64,000 bases of DNA from Spirochaetota bacterium (GTDB lineage: Bacteria > Spirochaetota > JAGLSM01 > JAKPMW01): positions 18,205 to 82,204 of the forward strand of contig JAITCI010000003.1 of the NCBI GenBank assembly GCA_031283155.1. Direction: 5' to 3'. The notes beneath the pieces were generated by a model. It saw only the letters and a list, made by a program, of their open reading frames with translations, was not told where the DNA came from and made no database searches. Positions 9,912 through 19,680 of the stretch are shown in pieces; positions within the stretch are counted from its first letter, which is position 1, and each line of letters opens with the position of its first letter. The translations under genes and the position numbers were made by a program.

Positions 9912-10874
9912 CTACAGATGTTCCAGGACAGGTCCGATGCTCCGGATCTTCTCGAGACGCTTCTCCACAAGGCGATGCCTGGGCAGGCGTGAGAGTTCGC
10001 TCAAATTACGCAGGATGGATTGCTTCAGGTTTTCCGCCATCGCAAGGGGATCCCGATGCGCGCCGCCCAGGGGTTCGGCAAGGACTTCATCCGCCACTTT
10101 AAGGCGGCGGAGTTCCTTTGCGGTTATACCCAGCGCGTTCGCGGCCTCCTCAGCCTTCCCCGAGTCATGCCAGAGGATGGAGGCGCAGCCCTCCGGCGAA
10201 ATAACCGAATAGATCGAATTTTCGAGCATGATAAAACGATCCGCAATGCCTATCGCAAGCGCGCCGCCCGATCCCCCCTCGCCAATAACAATCGAAACAA
10301 TGGGAGTGGCAAGCATCGCCATCTCGCGCAGATTGCGCGCTATGGCCTCGCCCTGTCCGCGCTCCTCTGCGTCCATCCCGGGATACGCGCCCGGGGTATC
10401 GATAATTGTTACCAATGGAAGGCGAAATTTCTCCGCGAGCTTCATTACGCGCAGAGCCTTGCGATACCCCTCGGGGCGCGGCATACCAAAATTGCGCGCT
10501 AAATTTTCTTTAACGTCGTTCCCCTTTTGCTGCCCTATCAGCGCCATCTGCACGCCGGCTATGGCCGCGAATCCCGTCACGATGGCTTTGTCGTCGCCGA
10601 AAAGCCTGTCGCCGTGCAGCTCCTCAAAATCGTCGCTCATCATACGCACATAGTCGAGAAAGTAGGGGCGCTGAGGGTGCCGCGCGACCTGTACGCGCTG
10701 CCAGGGGGTAAGCCGTGTATATATATCTCCCAGAAGCTGATCCCGCCGCGCGCGGAGTTTCGATAATTCGGCGGAAAAATCCACTCCATCGGCGGCAGGA
10801 AATGTGCCGAGTTCCTGGATGCGCTGCTCCATTTCAGCTACCTGTGCTTCAAAATCGCAATATTTAATATCCAT
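9912..10874 (-). CDS. accA: Acetyl-CoA carboxylase carboxyltransferase alpha subunit
   Basis: VARHPQRPY, ELHGDR, RNFGMPRPEGYRKA, DTPGAYPG, GEGGSGGA, YSVISPEGC; start at MDIKY after GAAGGA. Confidence 0.97.
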   Translation of the reverse strand: MDIKYCDFEAQVAEMEQRIQELGTFPAADGVDFSAELSKLRARRDQLLGDIYTRLTPWQRVQVARHPQRPYFLDYVRMMSDDFEELHGDRLFGDDKAIVTGFAAIAGVQMALIGQQKGNDVKENLARNFGMPRPEGYRKALRVMKLAEKFRLPLVTIIDTPGAYPGMDAEERGQGEAIARNLREMAMLATPIVSIVIGEGGSGGALAIGIADRFIMLENSIYSVISPEGCASILWHDSGKAEEAANALGITAKELRRLKVADEVLAEPLGGAHRDPLAMAENLKQSILRNLSELSRLPRHRLVEKRLEKIRSIGPVLEHL

Positions 10875-10962
10875 ACATCCTTCCGAAGGTATGCCGGAGA
10901 CCCGTTGGTATACCAGGGCGCAAATTTGCGCATAGCCCGGTTTACCGGTCAAGGCATAAGTT

Positions 10963-11826
10963 TTAATTGGTCTGATTGCCCATTTGCGGAACGTAGAGCG
11001 GGTCCAGGGCATTTTCATGCGCATACGGGGTACGCTCCGCGCGCGCAATCAAAAGTCCATGCGGACAATAACGATATTCGGTGATTTTCGCAAGCCTGCC
11101 CCAGAGGTATGTCAGTTCTCTGACCGGGCGGCCGGTAGAATCGCTCTCAATCAATGTGCGGCCAATAACAGCATTTCCGTTATTCCGGATAAGATGCATA
11201 AACAAGAACCCGGATGGATGATAGCGAACCTCGCTCACACGCTCAAGCACCCCCTTCCGGTATACACGGATGAGCATCAATTTACCGCTTTGATCATATA
11301 TATACTCTTCCATCTCGTTATTATTCTGGATGTCCCGAAAGCGCGTAAACCGCAGGATGCGCCCATGGTTTCCGTACTCCGCGAGATCATAGAGCGCCTG
11401 CCCTTTGCGATGCTCGGTGTGCCGCCATACTCCTTTCGTATTATAGACGCTCTCCCAGCGTTCCGCCTCGCGTCCATTCGCCATACGAAGAACAAGGGTC
11501 GCGCGGAAATAAGCGTCAAAAGAGACACGATAAGCGTTTGCGATCTCCGGGTCGTCCCCGGCAAGACGCCCGCAAAAAGCCTGCTCGCGCGGCTCATATT
11601 CGCGAAAGAACGCATAAGGCGCTGCCCGGACGCCGAGAGGCAAAAAACAGAGTATCGCGAGAGGCAGAAGAAAAAACCGGGATTTGAAACACCGCAAACT
11701 ATATTTCAGAACTCCAACCGCGCAGTGCCTGGGTTTCCGCCGGAAAAAAAGCATACGCCCAGGCAGATACTCAGGCACGTACGTCAAGTTCTCCGCCATA
11801 GGCGTTCTGCCCGGGAGCAGGTTCAC
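10963..11826 (-). CDS. Hypothetical exported protein with YD/RHS- or MORN-like repeats
   Basis: Hydrophobic signal-like FFLLPLAILCFLPLGVRA; repeats EEYIYDQSGKL, EVRYHPSGFL, ESDSTGRP, EYRYCPHGLL; start uncertain. Confidence 0.65.
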   Translation of the reverse strand: MNLLPGRTPMAENLTYVPEYLPGRMLFFRRKPRHCAVGVLKYSLRCFKSRFFLLPLAILCFLPLGVRAAPYAFFREYEPREQAFCGRLAGDDPEIANAYRVSFDAYFRATLVLRMANGREAERWESVYNTKGVWRHTEHRKGQALYDLAEYGNHGRILRFTRFRDIQNNNEMEEYIYDQSGKLMLIRVYRKGVLERVSEVRYHPSGFLFMHLIRNNGNAVIGRTLIESDSTGRPVRELTYLWGRLAKITEYRYCPHGLLIARAERTPYAHENALDPLYVPQMGNQTN

Positions 11827-12393
11827 TGACTGTCTCGGGCTGCGGTTCCGCAGCAGGAGACGCCGGAGCCGCGTATTGAGAAGCGTAGGGCTGCGTTGCC
11901 GCCGGACTCATTGCGCTGGGCGCTATTTGCATATTTTCCTCCATGAATGAGCATATTTTTCATTCCTTGCCTTTGCATCCTACACCACCGGCGGACGGAG
12001 GTCAAGCGGCACACACGAGGCTGCGTTCCTGAGCCAATTTCCATAAGCTGTTCCTTGCAGCCGCAAGCGCGCAAGGCAGAAAAAAAACAGGCGGACGTTT
12101 TTCGCGGCCGCCTGCACATCGGGATGGTAGGGTGTTTTGTTCCAGTAAGCAACGCTTACTGTATACTTAATAAAGCAAGCACCGTGCCAATATGGATAGA
12201 ATTGAAAAAAATCTGAAAAATAACCCAAAATACCTTCAAAAGTGGTTCTCGGGTGCGCAAAAAATTGGCTTGCGGTTTGAAAATGAATTTTTTGGGATAT
12301 GCGCAGCGCGGACGCCGGAAGAGAAAAAGAATGATGTGCCGGACTGGCAAGGTTTTGCGGATTGAATTTGAAGATTTGTCATTTTGGCGCGCC

Positions 12394-15300
12394 CTATTCC
12401 ACGCTCACCTCGGCGATGGAGGGAAATTTTTGAAGACGGGAGATGAGTTTTTCGGTGGGTTTCACACGCAGGAGAGCGCGGATAACCGTTTCCTTGTCGG
12501 CCGCATCGATATGAAAGAAAATGCCGGAATCCCCCCGGTACTCTTCTGCAAGCAAAAGTTTCTGGATCGCGTCCAGTTCCACATTGTCTGTTTCCGGACT
12601 CAGGGTAATATGCAGATCCCTTTCCAGGAGATCATCGAATAACCCGATATTCTGTATGGTCAATCGAAGATCCCCACGATCCTTTTGGCGCGTCACAAAA
12701 ATGTGCATGATGTATGCTCTGCCGACGGCAAGGAGGGAACGAAAGAGATCGTAGGTTGGCGAAAAAAGGAAAATGGTATATTTCCCGTCGAAGTCCTCGA
12801 AATCCAGGACGGCGTAGTTTTGCGCGTTTTTTGTCTGTTTATCCTGAAGAGAGCGAAGCATCCCGCCAATGCGCGCCGATGCTTTCAGCGCAAGCCCCGT
12901 GTGCTTCCGTGAAGAGACGAGCCCCAGGCGCTTCCAGGTGTGCTTATACCGCGCAAGCGGATGCCGGGTAATATACGCGCCCAGGAATTCCTTCTCGTAC
13001 GTAAGGAGCATATCCTCTGGCCAGTCTGTTTCTGCTTCCCTGCGCGGACTCTCTTTTGCGATGGGCGCGGTTTCATCGGCGAAGGTGTCGAAAAAAGTAT
13101 GCTGGCCGCTTGCGGTATCGCCCTTCTGCATATTGCCCTTTTCGATTGCACCCTCCATCGATTCAAAGAGCGCCTTCCGGGGCTTGCCTGTTGAAGCAAA
13201 GGCACCCGCCTTGATGAGAGCCTCGAGTACCCGTTTGTTCGCGCTGCGTAATTCACTGGCGGCGCAAAAATCCTCCAGATCGCGGAAGAAGGGGTGCCTG
13301 GCGCGCGTGTGCACTATCGTTTGGGCTGCAATTTCACCGATGCCCTTTATCGCGGAGAGACCATAGCGGATAGCGTTTTTTTCAACGGCAAAATTGACGG
13401 CGCTGTGGTTAATGTCCGGCGGGAGCAGGGGAATCCCCATGTTCTGGGTTTCATGGATATATACCTCCAGTTTGTCGGTATCGGTTCGCTGCGAGGTTAA
13501 AAGAGCCGCCATATATTCCAAAGGGTAATTTGCCTTGAGCCAGGCTGTTTGATAGGATATGACCGCATAGGCGGCGCTGTGCGACTTGTTGAATCCATAC
13601 TCCGCAAACTGAGCCATGAGTTCATAAAGCTCTTCCGCCTTGCGTTTGTCGAATCCGCGCTCTTTTGCTCCCGCAAGAAACTGTTTGCGCATTTGCGTGA
13701 TGGTATGTTTTTGCTTTTTCCCCATCGCTTTACGAAGTTCATCCGCTTCCGCCATACTGAAACCGCCCACAACCTGGGATATTTGCATCACCTGTTCCTG
13801 GTAGATGATGATCCCATGGGTGTCCTTCAGGATATTTTCCAGTACAGGAAGGAGGTATTCCACGCGCTCGCGGCCGAATTTACGGTCGCAAAAATGCGTA
13901 TGCATACCCTTTTTGAGCGGCCCCGGTCTGTGCAGGGCGTTTAAGGCAATGATCTCGTTAAAAACGTCCGGTTTCATGGTGCGTAAAAGCTGCTGCATCC
14001 CGGGAGAATCCAGCTGAAAGATCCCAAGCGATTGTCCCTTTTGCAGCAGCGCGTAGGTCGCTTTATCGTCGTAGGGAATTTTTTCAAGATCGATTTTTAT
14101 TCCGCGGTTTTCCTGAATCAGACGCAGACACTCTTCTATGGTGGTCAGGTTTTGCAAACCAAGCAAATCCATTTTGAGGAGGCCGACCTTCTCCAGATGC
14201 GGCCCGTCGTATTGTGTGATCACCTGATCGCTTTTTGTGTCCTTGTGGAGCGGAATGATATCGATGAGCGGCTTTGAGCTTATGACCACGCCCGCCGCGT
14301 GTTTGCCCGTACCGCGGATCACGTCTTCCAGTTTGAAGGCATTGCGAAAGAGGGTCTCGTAATTACCGCCCTTTGCCCGGAACTCCTGCAACTTAGGCTC
14401 AAGCTTAAAAGCTTCCTCCAGATTTCCGGCCATTCTGGAAACGAGGGAAGTCATTTCATTGCTCTCGGCAAACTCAAAATTCAGAACGCGCGCGACGTCT
14501 TTTATAACGGCCTTGGATTTCAGATACTGATAAGTGACAATCTGCGCTACCTGCGCCGTCCCGTATTTTTCGCGGATATAGCTGATGATCTGTTCGCGTT
14601 TTTCCACGCAAAAATCCATGTCTATGTCCGGCATGGTTATGCGCGAGGGGTTCAGGAAGCGTTCAAAAAACAGATCGAATGTGAGCGGATCAATGCTTGT
14701 GATTCCAAGTGAATACGAAACAATCGAGCCGGCGGCGGAACCCCTACCGGGACCCACCGGAATACTATGCCTCTTCGCGTAATCCACGAGATCCCAGACT
14801 ATCAGAAAATAGCCGGAGAATCCCATTTGCTCAATGACCGAGAGTTCATACTCCAGGCGCTTTTGGATTTCCGGCGTGATCTCTTCGTACCGCTTCCGGA
14901 TGCCTTCCTCGCAGAGCGCGCGGAGATATTCATTTTCGCTGCGGCCATCGGGCGCTGTATACGCGGGGATCAGGTACTTTTGCCCTTTGGGATGATCCTC
15001 TGTGGTTTCGATGACGCCCTGGCAGCGTTCCGCTATCCTGACTGTATTTGCGAGCGATTCCGGTATCTCCCCGAAGATCGCGTTCATCTCATCGGCGGAT
15101 TTCAGATAGAAATTATCGTTATCCAGCAACGCGCGGCGGTTTGGGTTGGAGAACTTATCAGCGGTTCCGATGCAGATCGCTATTTGCGAGGCTTCATAGT
15201 CCTCGCGCTCAAGGAAGTGTACGTCGTTTGTGGCAATCAGCGGAAGCTGCATCTCTTTCGCAAGTTCTGTCAGAGCCCGGTTGACCTGCTTCTGAGGCTC

Positions 15301-15834
15301 GATACCATGATCCATCAATTCGATAAAAAAATTATCTCTTCCCGCAATATCGATATAGCTCATCGCTGCCGCCCTGGCCTGCTCCTTCCTTCCATTTCTG
15401 AGGTGCCAGGCTATTTCGCCCTGAAGGCAGGCGCTCGAGAGGATGAGACCCCGCGAGTGTTCTGCGAGCAGTTCCTTGTCGATGCGCGGCTTATAATAAA
15501 AACCGTCCAGATACGCCATCGAAGCGAGCTTACAGAGATTGCTGTATCCCTCGTTGGTTTCGGCAAGCGCGATCAGGTGAAAGGTTTCGTCTTTTGGATT
15601 GCGTACCTTCATTGAGCCTTCGGCCAGATAAAATTCGCAGCCCAATATGGGATGAATGGCATTTTTTTTTGCTTCTTCCTGAAAATCGAGCAGACCGAAA
15701 AGATTCCCGTGATCGGTTATCGCCAGCGCCTTCATTCCCAGTTCGCCGGTTTTTTTGAGGAGCCTGTCTATGGGGATAATGCCGTCCAGCATACTATAAT
15801 GGGTATGGACGTGCAAATGAACAAATTCAGGCAT
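12394..15834 (-). CDS. dnaE: DNA polymerase III alpha subunit
   Basis: PHP domain HLHVHTHYS..TDHG, GRGSAAGS, MPDIDMDF, HAAGVVI, YGFNKSH, OB fold. Confidence 0.98.
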   Translation of the reverse strand: MPEFVHLHVHTHYSMLDGIIPIDRLLKKTGELGMKALAITDHGNLFGLLDFQEEAKKNAIHPILGCEFYLAEGSMKVRNPKDETFHLIALAETNEGYSNLCKLASMAYLDGFYYKPRIDKELLAEHSRGLILSSACLQGEIAWHLRNGRKEQARAAAMSYIDIAGRDNFFIELMDHGIEPQKQVNRALTELAKEMQLPLIATNDVHFLEREDYEASQIAICIGTADKFSNPNRRALLDNDNFYLKSADEMNAIFGEIPESLANTVRIAERCQGVIETTEDHPKGQKYLIPAYTAPDGRSENEYLRALCEEGIRKRYEEITPEIQKRLEYELSVIEQMGFSGYFLIVWDLVDYAKRHSIPVGPGRGSAAGSIVSYSLGITSIDPLTFDLFFERFLNPSRITMPDIDMDFCVEKREQIISYIREKYGTAQVAQIVTYQYLKSKAVIKDVARVLNFEFAESNEMTSLVSRMAGNLEEAFKLEPKLQEFRAKGGNYETLFRNAFKLEDVIRGTGKHAAGVVISSKPLIDIIPLHKDTKSDQVITQYDGPHLEKVGLLKMDLLGLQNLTTIEECLRLIQENRGIKIDLEKIPYDDKATYALLQKGQSLGIFQLDSPGMQQLLRTMKPDVFNEIIALNALHRPGPLKKGMHTHFCDRKFGRERVEYLLPVLENILKDTHGIIIYQEQVMQISQVVGGFSMAEADELRKAMGKKQKHTITQMRKQFLAGAKERGFDKRKAEELYELMAQFAEYGFNKSHSAAYAVISYQTAWLKANYPLEYMAALLTSQRTDTDKLEVYIHETQNMGIPLLPPDINHSAVNFAVEKNAIRYGLSAIKGIGEIAAQTIVHTRARHPFFRDLEDFCAASELRSANKRVLEALIKAGAFASTGKPRKALFESMEGAIEKGNMQKGDTASGQHTFFDTFADETAPIAKESPRREAETDWPEDMLLTYEKEFLGAYITRHPLARYKHTWKRLGLVSSRKHTGLALKASARIGGMLRSLQDKQTKNAQNYAVLDFEDFDGKYTIFLFSPTYDLFRSLLAVGRAYIMHIFVTRQKDRGDLRLTIQNIGLFDDLLERDLHITLSPETDNVELDAIQKLLLAEEYRGDSGIFFHIDAADKETVIRALLRVKPTEKLISRLQKFPSIAEVSVE

Positions 15835-15874
15835 GGGAAATTTCTCTCTTTACAAAGTACACAAAACGCACATT

Positions 15875-16774
15875 TCAAAGCGATACGAGAAGCCTTTCTT
15901 TTGCGGGAAAAATAACGAGGTGCTTGTCTTCATTCTGCATTCGCTGCCGCAGACCGGTGTGCAAGGCATTCAGTTCCTCGTCGCTTCGTGTGGGATCGTG
16001 ATGGAATATCGCAAGCTGCTTTGCGCGGGCGGCAAGGCAGTTTGCGATGGCTTCTTCCACCGAGGAATGTCCCCAGCCCCTGTGAGAATCGAGTTCCTGT
16101 TGTGTATGGTATTGGGCGTCGTATATGACGAGATCGGCATTCTCAATATGCCGCAGCACCTTCTCGCTCGCCATGTCCACGGCCTCCTGCGCCTCCCGTG
16201 CTTCATCGGAGTCTTCGGGATTGCCAAAAATATTCACATACGGTTCATGATCATAAACCGTACAAATAACGCGATCATCCGCTTCCACGCGGTAGCCCAG
16301 GCAAAGAATGGGGTGGTTCAAGTAACAGGTCGTCACCTTTGCGCCGCCGAGGGTTATGGTACCTTCCTTGAGTTCATTAAATCTGACCTTGGCACCGGCG
16401 TCCTCAAGTTTGATGGGGTAGTAGGTATAATCCATTTGGGCGGAAAATATCTTCTCGAGATTTCCGGCGTAATTCACGGGACCATGAATTGTAAATTCAT
16501 TGCTCTTGATATAGGCCGGCACGAAAAACGGATACCCGTGAATATGATCCCAGTGCGTATGCGTCAGGAGTATATCCGTTTTTAAGGGACCCTGTTTCTG
16601 ATCGTTGGCGAGCAGCCAGAGTCCAAATTCGCGAATCCCGGATCCGGCGTCAATGATCAGCAGCTGCCCGCTTGCGAGGCGGATCTCGATGCAGGAGGTA
16701 TTTCCGCCGTAGAGTACTGTTTGGGGACCCGGAGCAGGGATGGAACCGCGTACCCCCCAGAATTTAGCGTACAC
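15875..16774 (-). CDS. Metallo-beta-lactamase-fold hydrolase (phosphodiesterase-like)
   Basis: FWGVRGS..YGGNTSC, THTHWDHIHG, GWGHS, FHHDP; GTG start after AAGGAG. Confidence 0.92.
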   Translation of the reverse strand: MYAKFWGVRGSIPAPGPQTVLYGGNTSCIEIRLASGQLLIIDAGSGIREFGLWLLANDQKQGPLKTDILLTHTHWDHIHGYPFFVPAYIKSNEFTIHGPVNYAGNLEKIFSAQMDYTYYPIKLEDAGAKVRFNELKEGTITLGGAKVTTCYLNHPILCLGYRVEADDRVICTVYDHEPYVNIFGNPEDSDEAREAQEAVDMASEKVLRHIENADLVIYDAQYHTQQELDSHRGWGHSSVEEAIANCLAARAKQLAIFHHDPTRSDEELNALHTGLRQRMQNEDKHLVIFPAKERLLVSL

Positions 16775-16814
16775 AAATATTCTCCTTAAATATCCGCCCA
16801 AACGGGAAGTATGT

Positions 16815-17675
16815 TTATCCGCCCATTGTCAGGAAGATCGAAGCCTTCATGATTTCTTCATTGATGGTTTCTTCTATGCCGAAGAGATCCTCTTCAATCA
16901 AGCCGAGGGTTTTCCAGCTTTCGTCAGAAAGTATATCGGGAGTACGGTTTCCGGCAAATCCCGTCGCGTTTTCCACGCAGAACATATCCGCAGCGGCCAC
17001 CGCCGTCACAAGGGTGCGGTTTTCCTGCGACGATTCCAGCGGTCTGTGGTGAAAACTGATGACCTCCGCAAGCGACTGCGTGAGACTCCATTTATCCGCG
17101 ATGAGTTTGCCCGTACCCGCATGATCGATATCAAAAACCGCGCTCTCCTCCTTCCAGAGCGAGACGCGTTTGCTGTCGGCAGACTGGATGATCTGCAGAT
17201 ACTGCGCGGCAAAATGCTCGTTGATCACGATCTTGCCGATGTCATGCAGCATCCCCGCGATGAAAAATTCCTCGCGGAGCTTTGGATCGATCCCGATTTT
17301 CACCGCGATGCTGCGCGACGTCACCCCCACCGCAAGACAGTGCCGCCAAAAGCCATCCATATCGAGGGTGCTTGTTTTGCCCTTCGTTTTCATTGTACCC
17401 AAAATGGCGGTACTCACGGCAAGATTTTTAATGGTATTCAGTCCGAGCAAAATAATGGCCTTCACGATGCTCGTAACGCCATTGGAGATGCCATAGTACG
17501 CGGAGTTGACGAGTTTGAGTACCTTGGCCGTGAGAACAGGATCCAGGGTGATAACCTTATTGAGATCCGCAGGGGTAGACGACGGATTTTTGGTTATTTC
17601 CGTGATTTTGGCCACAGTAATCGGAAGGCTGGGCATGGAATCGATGATTCTTTCAATATTTCCGCTCAAACGCAC
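16815..17675 (-). CDS. HDOD domain protein
   Basis: MPSLP, DPVLTAKVLKLVNSAYYG, FWRHC, GMLHDIGK, DHA, HH. Confidence 0.95.
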   Translation of the reverse strand: MRLSGNIERIIDSMPSLPITVAKITEITKNPSSTPADLNKVITLDPVLTAKVLKLVNSAYYGISNGVTSIVKAIILLGLNTIKNLAVSTAILGTMKTKGKTSTLDMDGFWRHCLAVGVTSRSIAVKIGIDPKLREEFFIAGMLHDIGKIVINEHFAAQYLQIIQSADSKRVSLWKEESAVFDIDHAGTGKLIADKWSLTQSLAEVISFHHRPLESSQENRTLVTAVAAADMFCVENATGFAGNRTPDILSDESWKTLGLIEEDLFGIEETINEEIMKASIFLTMGG

Positions 17676-17920
17676 ACCGACTACCCCTTTATTTTCACAT
17701 ACACCGAAAGATAATTCTACTTGGCAGAAGGGGGGAAATCAAGGCGATTACAGGAGACGAAACCTTATGGAGGATGTGTACGCACGCATACATTATATTA
17801 AGCATATAGGTTCAATATGTTTTTTAGTGCAGGCGCGGAGATTGGGGAACAGGCGGCAAGGTCATTTCACGCCATGACCGGGACGCGCGGTACATTTAAC
17901 GGTAATCGCGGGAGGGCGTT

Positions 17921-19072
17921 ATGCTTGATATACCATCGCCCGATCTGGAGCGCGGGGAGTACACGCGCTATTCGCGGCACCTGCTGCTGCCTGAGATCGG
18001 GCTTCCGGGGCAAAAAAAACTCAAAGGCGCCAAAGTGCTGATCGTCGGCGCGGGAGGGCTTGGCTCGCCGCTTGCGTTATACCTTGCGGCGGCAGGCGTC
18101 GGCACAATCGGGCTTGTGGACTCTGACGCCGTGGAAGAATCGAATCTCCAGCGGCAGATCATCCACTCCACGCGCGATATTGACCGCCCGAAGACGGCAA
18201 GCGCGGGAGACAGGCTGCGCGGGATAAATCCATATATTACGGTTAATACGCACGACCTGCGGCTGACCGCACAAAACGCGGCCGATATTATCAAAGACTA
18301 CGATATCGTCGCCGACGGCACGGACAATTATCAAGCGCGGTATCTGATCAACGACGTGTGCGTATTCCTGAAAAAGCCGAATGTCTTTGGTGCCGTGTTC
18401 CGGTTTGAGGGGCAGGCAAGCGTGTTTGACGCCGAAAGAGGGCCCTGCCTCCGCTGCCTGTTCCCCGCGCCGCCGCCGCCCGGACTTGTGCCGGGCTGTT
18501 CCGTCAGCGGGGTGATGGGGGTTTTGCCGGGGATAGTCGGCACAATACAGGCTTGCGAGGTCATAAAGCTCATCGTCGGCGCGCAGGATACGCTGATCGG
18601 GCGGCTGCTCATCTTCGACGCCTGGAAGATGCAATTCCGCGAGCTGAAACTCCTGAAAGAGCCGCATTGCCCCGTGTGCGGCGTAACGTCGCCCGGGCAG
18701 GTTGACTATGAAGAGTTCTGCGGGCTGCGTAAGCATACCGGGGAAGCGCCGGCAGAGACCATCACCGCCATCGAGCTGAAAGCGCGATTGGACGCGGGCG
18801 AGAAAATACAGCTCGTGGATATCCGCGAACCGCATGAGCAGGCGATCTTCAGGTTCCCCGGCGCGAGGGTCATGACGCTCGGGCAGGTTGCGCGGCGAAT
18901 CGGCGAGTTTACCCCCGAACACGATATCGTCTTTCTCTGTAAAACCGGGGTACGCAGTATATACGCGATTCAGGCCTTGCGCGAGGCGGGCTATACCGGA
19001 CGCGCGCTGAACCTTCATGGCGGCGTATATGCCTGGGTGCGCGATGTGGATACAACGCTGCCACTGTATTAA
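17921..19072 (+). CDS. moeB: MoeB/ThiF-family adenylyltransferase with C-terminal rhodanese domain (MoeZ-like)
   Basis: RYSRH, GAGGLG, SNLQRQ, CLRC and CPVC zinc pairs, rhodanese CKTGVRS. Confidence 0.93.
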   Translation: MLDIPSPDLERGEYTRYSRHLLLPEIGLPGQKKLKGAKVLIVGAGGLGSPLALYLAAAGVGTIGLVDSDAVEESNLQRQIIHSTRDIDRPKTASAGDRLRGINPYITVNTHDLRLTAQNAADIIKDYDIVADGTDNYQARYLINDVCVFLKKPNVFGAVFRFEGQASVFDAERGPCLRCLFPAPPPPGLVPGCSVSGVMGVLPGIVGTIQACEVIKLIVGAQDTLIGRLLIFDAWKMQFRELKLLKEPHCPVCGVTSPGQVDYEEFCGLRKHTGEAPAETITAIELKARLDAGEKIQLVDIREPHEQAIFRFPGARVMTLGQVARRIGEFTPEHDIVFLCKTGVRSIYAIQALREAGYTGRALNLHGGVYAWVRDVDTTLPLY

Positions 19073-19138
19073 GGACAAAAAAATTCCAAAACGGCGTCCG
19101 GCATAGTATTTTGAGAGAATTGTATCGGTTGAGCGCCG

Positions 19139-19600
19139 ATGAGGAAGGTGTCGCAAATGACGAGAAATAGACTTGTATATATTATTGCCGCCGTATGTGT
19201 ACTGGGCGCGGTTCTCTTTATTGTCGGCTCTCCGCCCAGTTCCGCGAATATTGCTTCCGCAGCCGAGGGCGCGCATGGATACGTCGTCCTGAATGATTCC
19301 AATTTCGCGCGCGAAACAGCGGGCAAGCTCGTGTTCATCGATTTTTACGCCGACTGGTGTCCGCCCTGCGTCGCTTTCGCGCCGGTATTCGCCGCCGTTT
19401 CCGCAGAGGTGCAGGATGGGTTTTTTGTGAAGGTGGACGTGGACGATTCGCCGAAAGTCTCGGCGCAGTTTGGCATTCAGTTCATCCCCTATATCGTTGC
19501 TGTAAAGGATGGCAAGGTACTCGCGCAATTTCAGGAGAGGCGCACTGCGGAAAGTTACGCAGCCTGGTGCCGCGAACAGATGCGGAAGCAGGATCCGTGA
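19139..19600 (+). CDS. Membrane-anchored/exported thioredoxin
   Basis: N-terminal hydrophobic helix, DFYADWCPPC, IQFIP cis-Pro loop. Confidence 0.9.
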   Translation: MRKVSQMTRNRLVYIIAAVCVLGAVLFIVGSPPSSANIASAAEGAHGYVVLNDSNFARETAGKLVFIDFYADWCPPCVAFAPVFAAVSAEVQDGFFVKVDVDDSPKVSAQFGIQFIPYIVAVKDGKVLAQFQERRTAESYAAWCREQMRKQDP

Positions 19601-19680
19601 GGTAATGCGCGTACACGTGTACTGGACAAGACGCTGCTTTTGCCATAAGCTTTCCGCAAGACCACGGAATGGGGGACGCC

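Noticed and set aside
12157-12176. tactgtatacttaataaagc as a LexA box
   Set aside because: The right half lacks CAG, it lies downstream of dnaE rather than before a repair gene, and this box type is not expected for the inferred lineage.
11830-12390. Short ORFs in the spacer downstream of dnaE
   Set aside because: No motifs or convincing RBS; only weak hairpins, so left unannotated.
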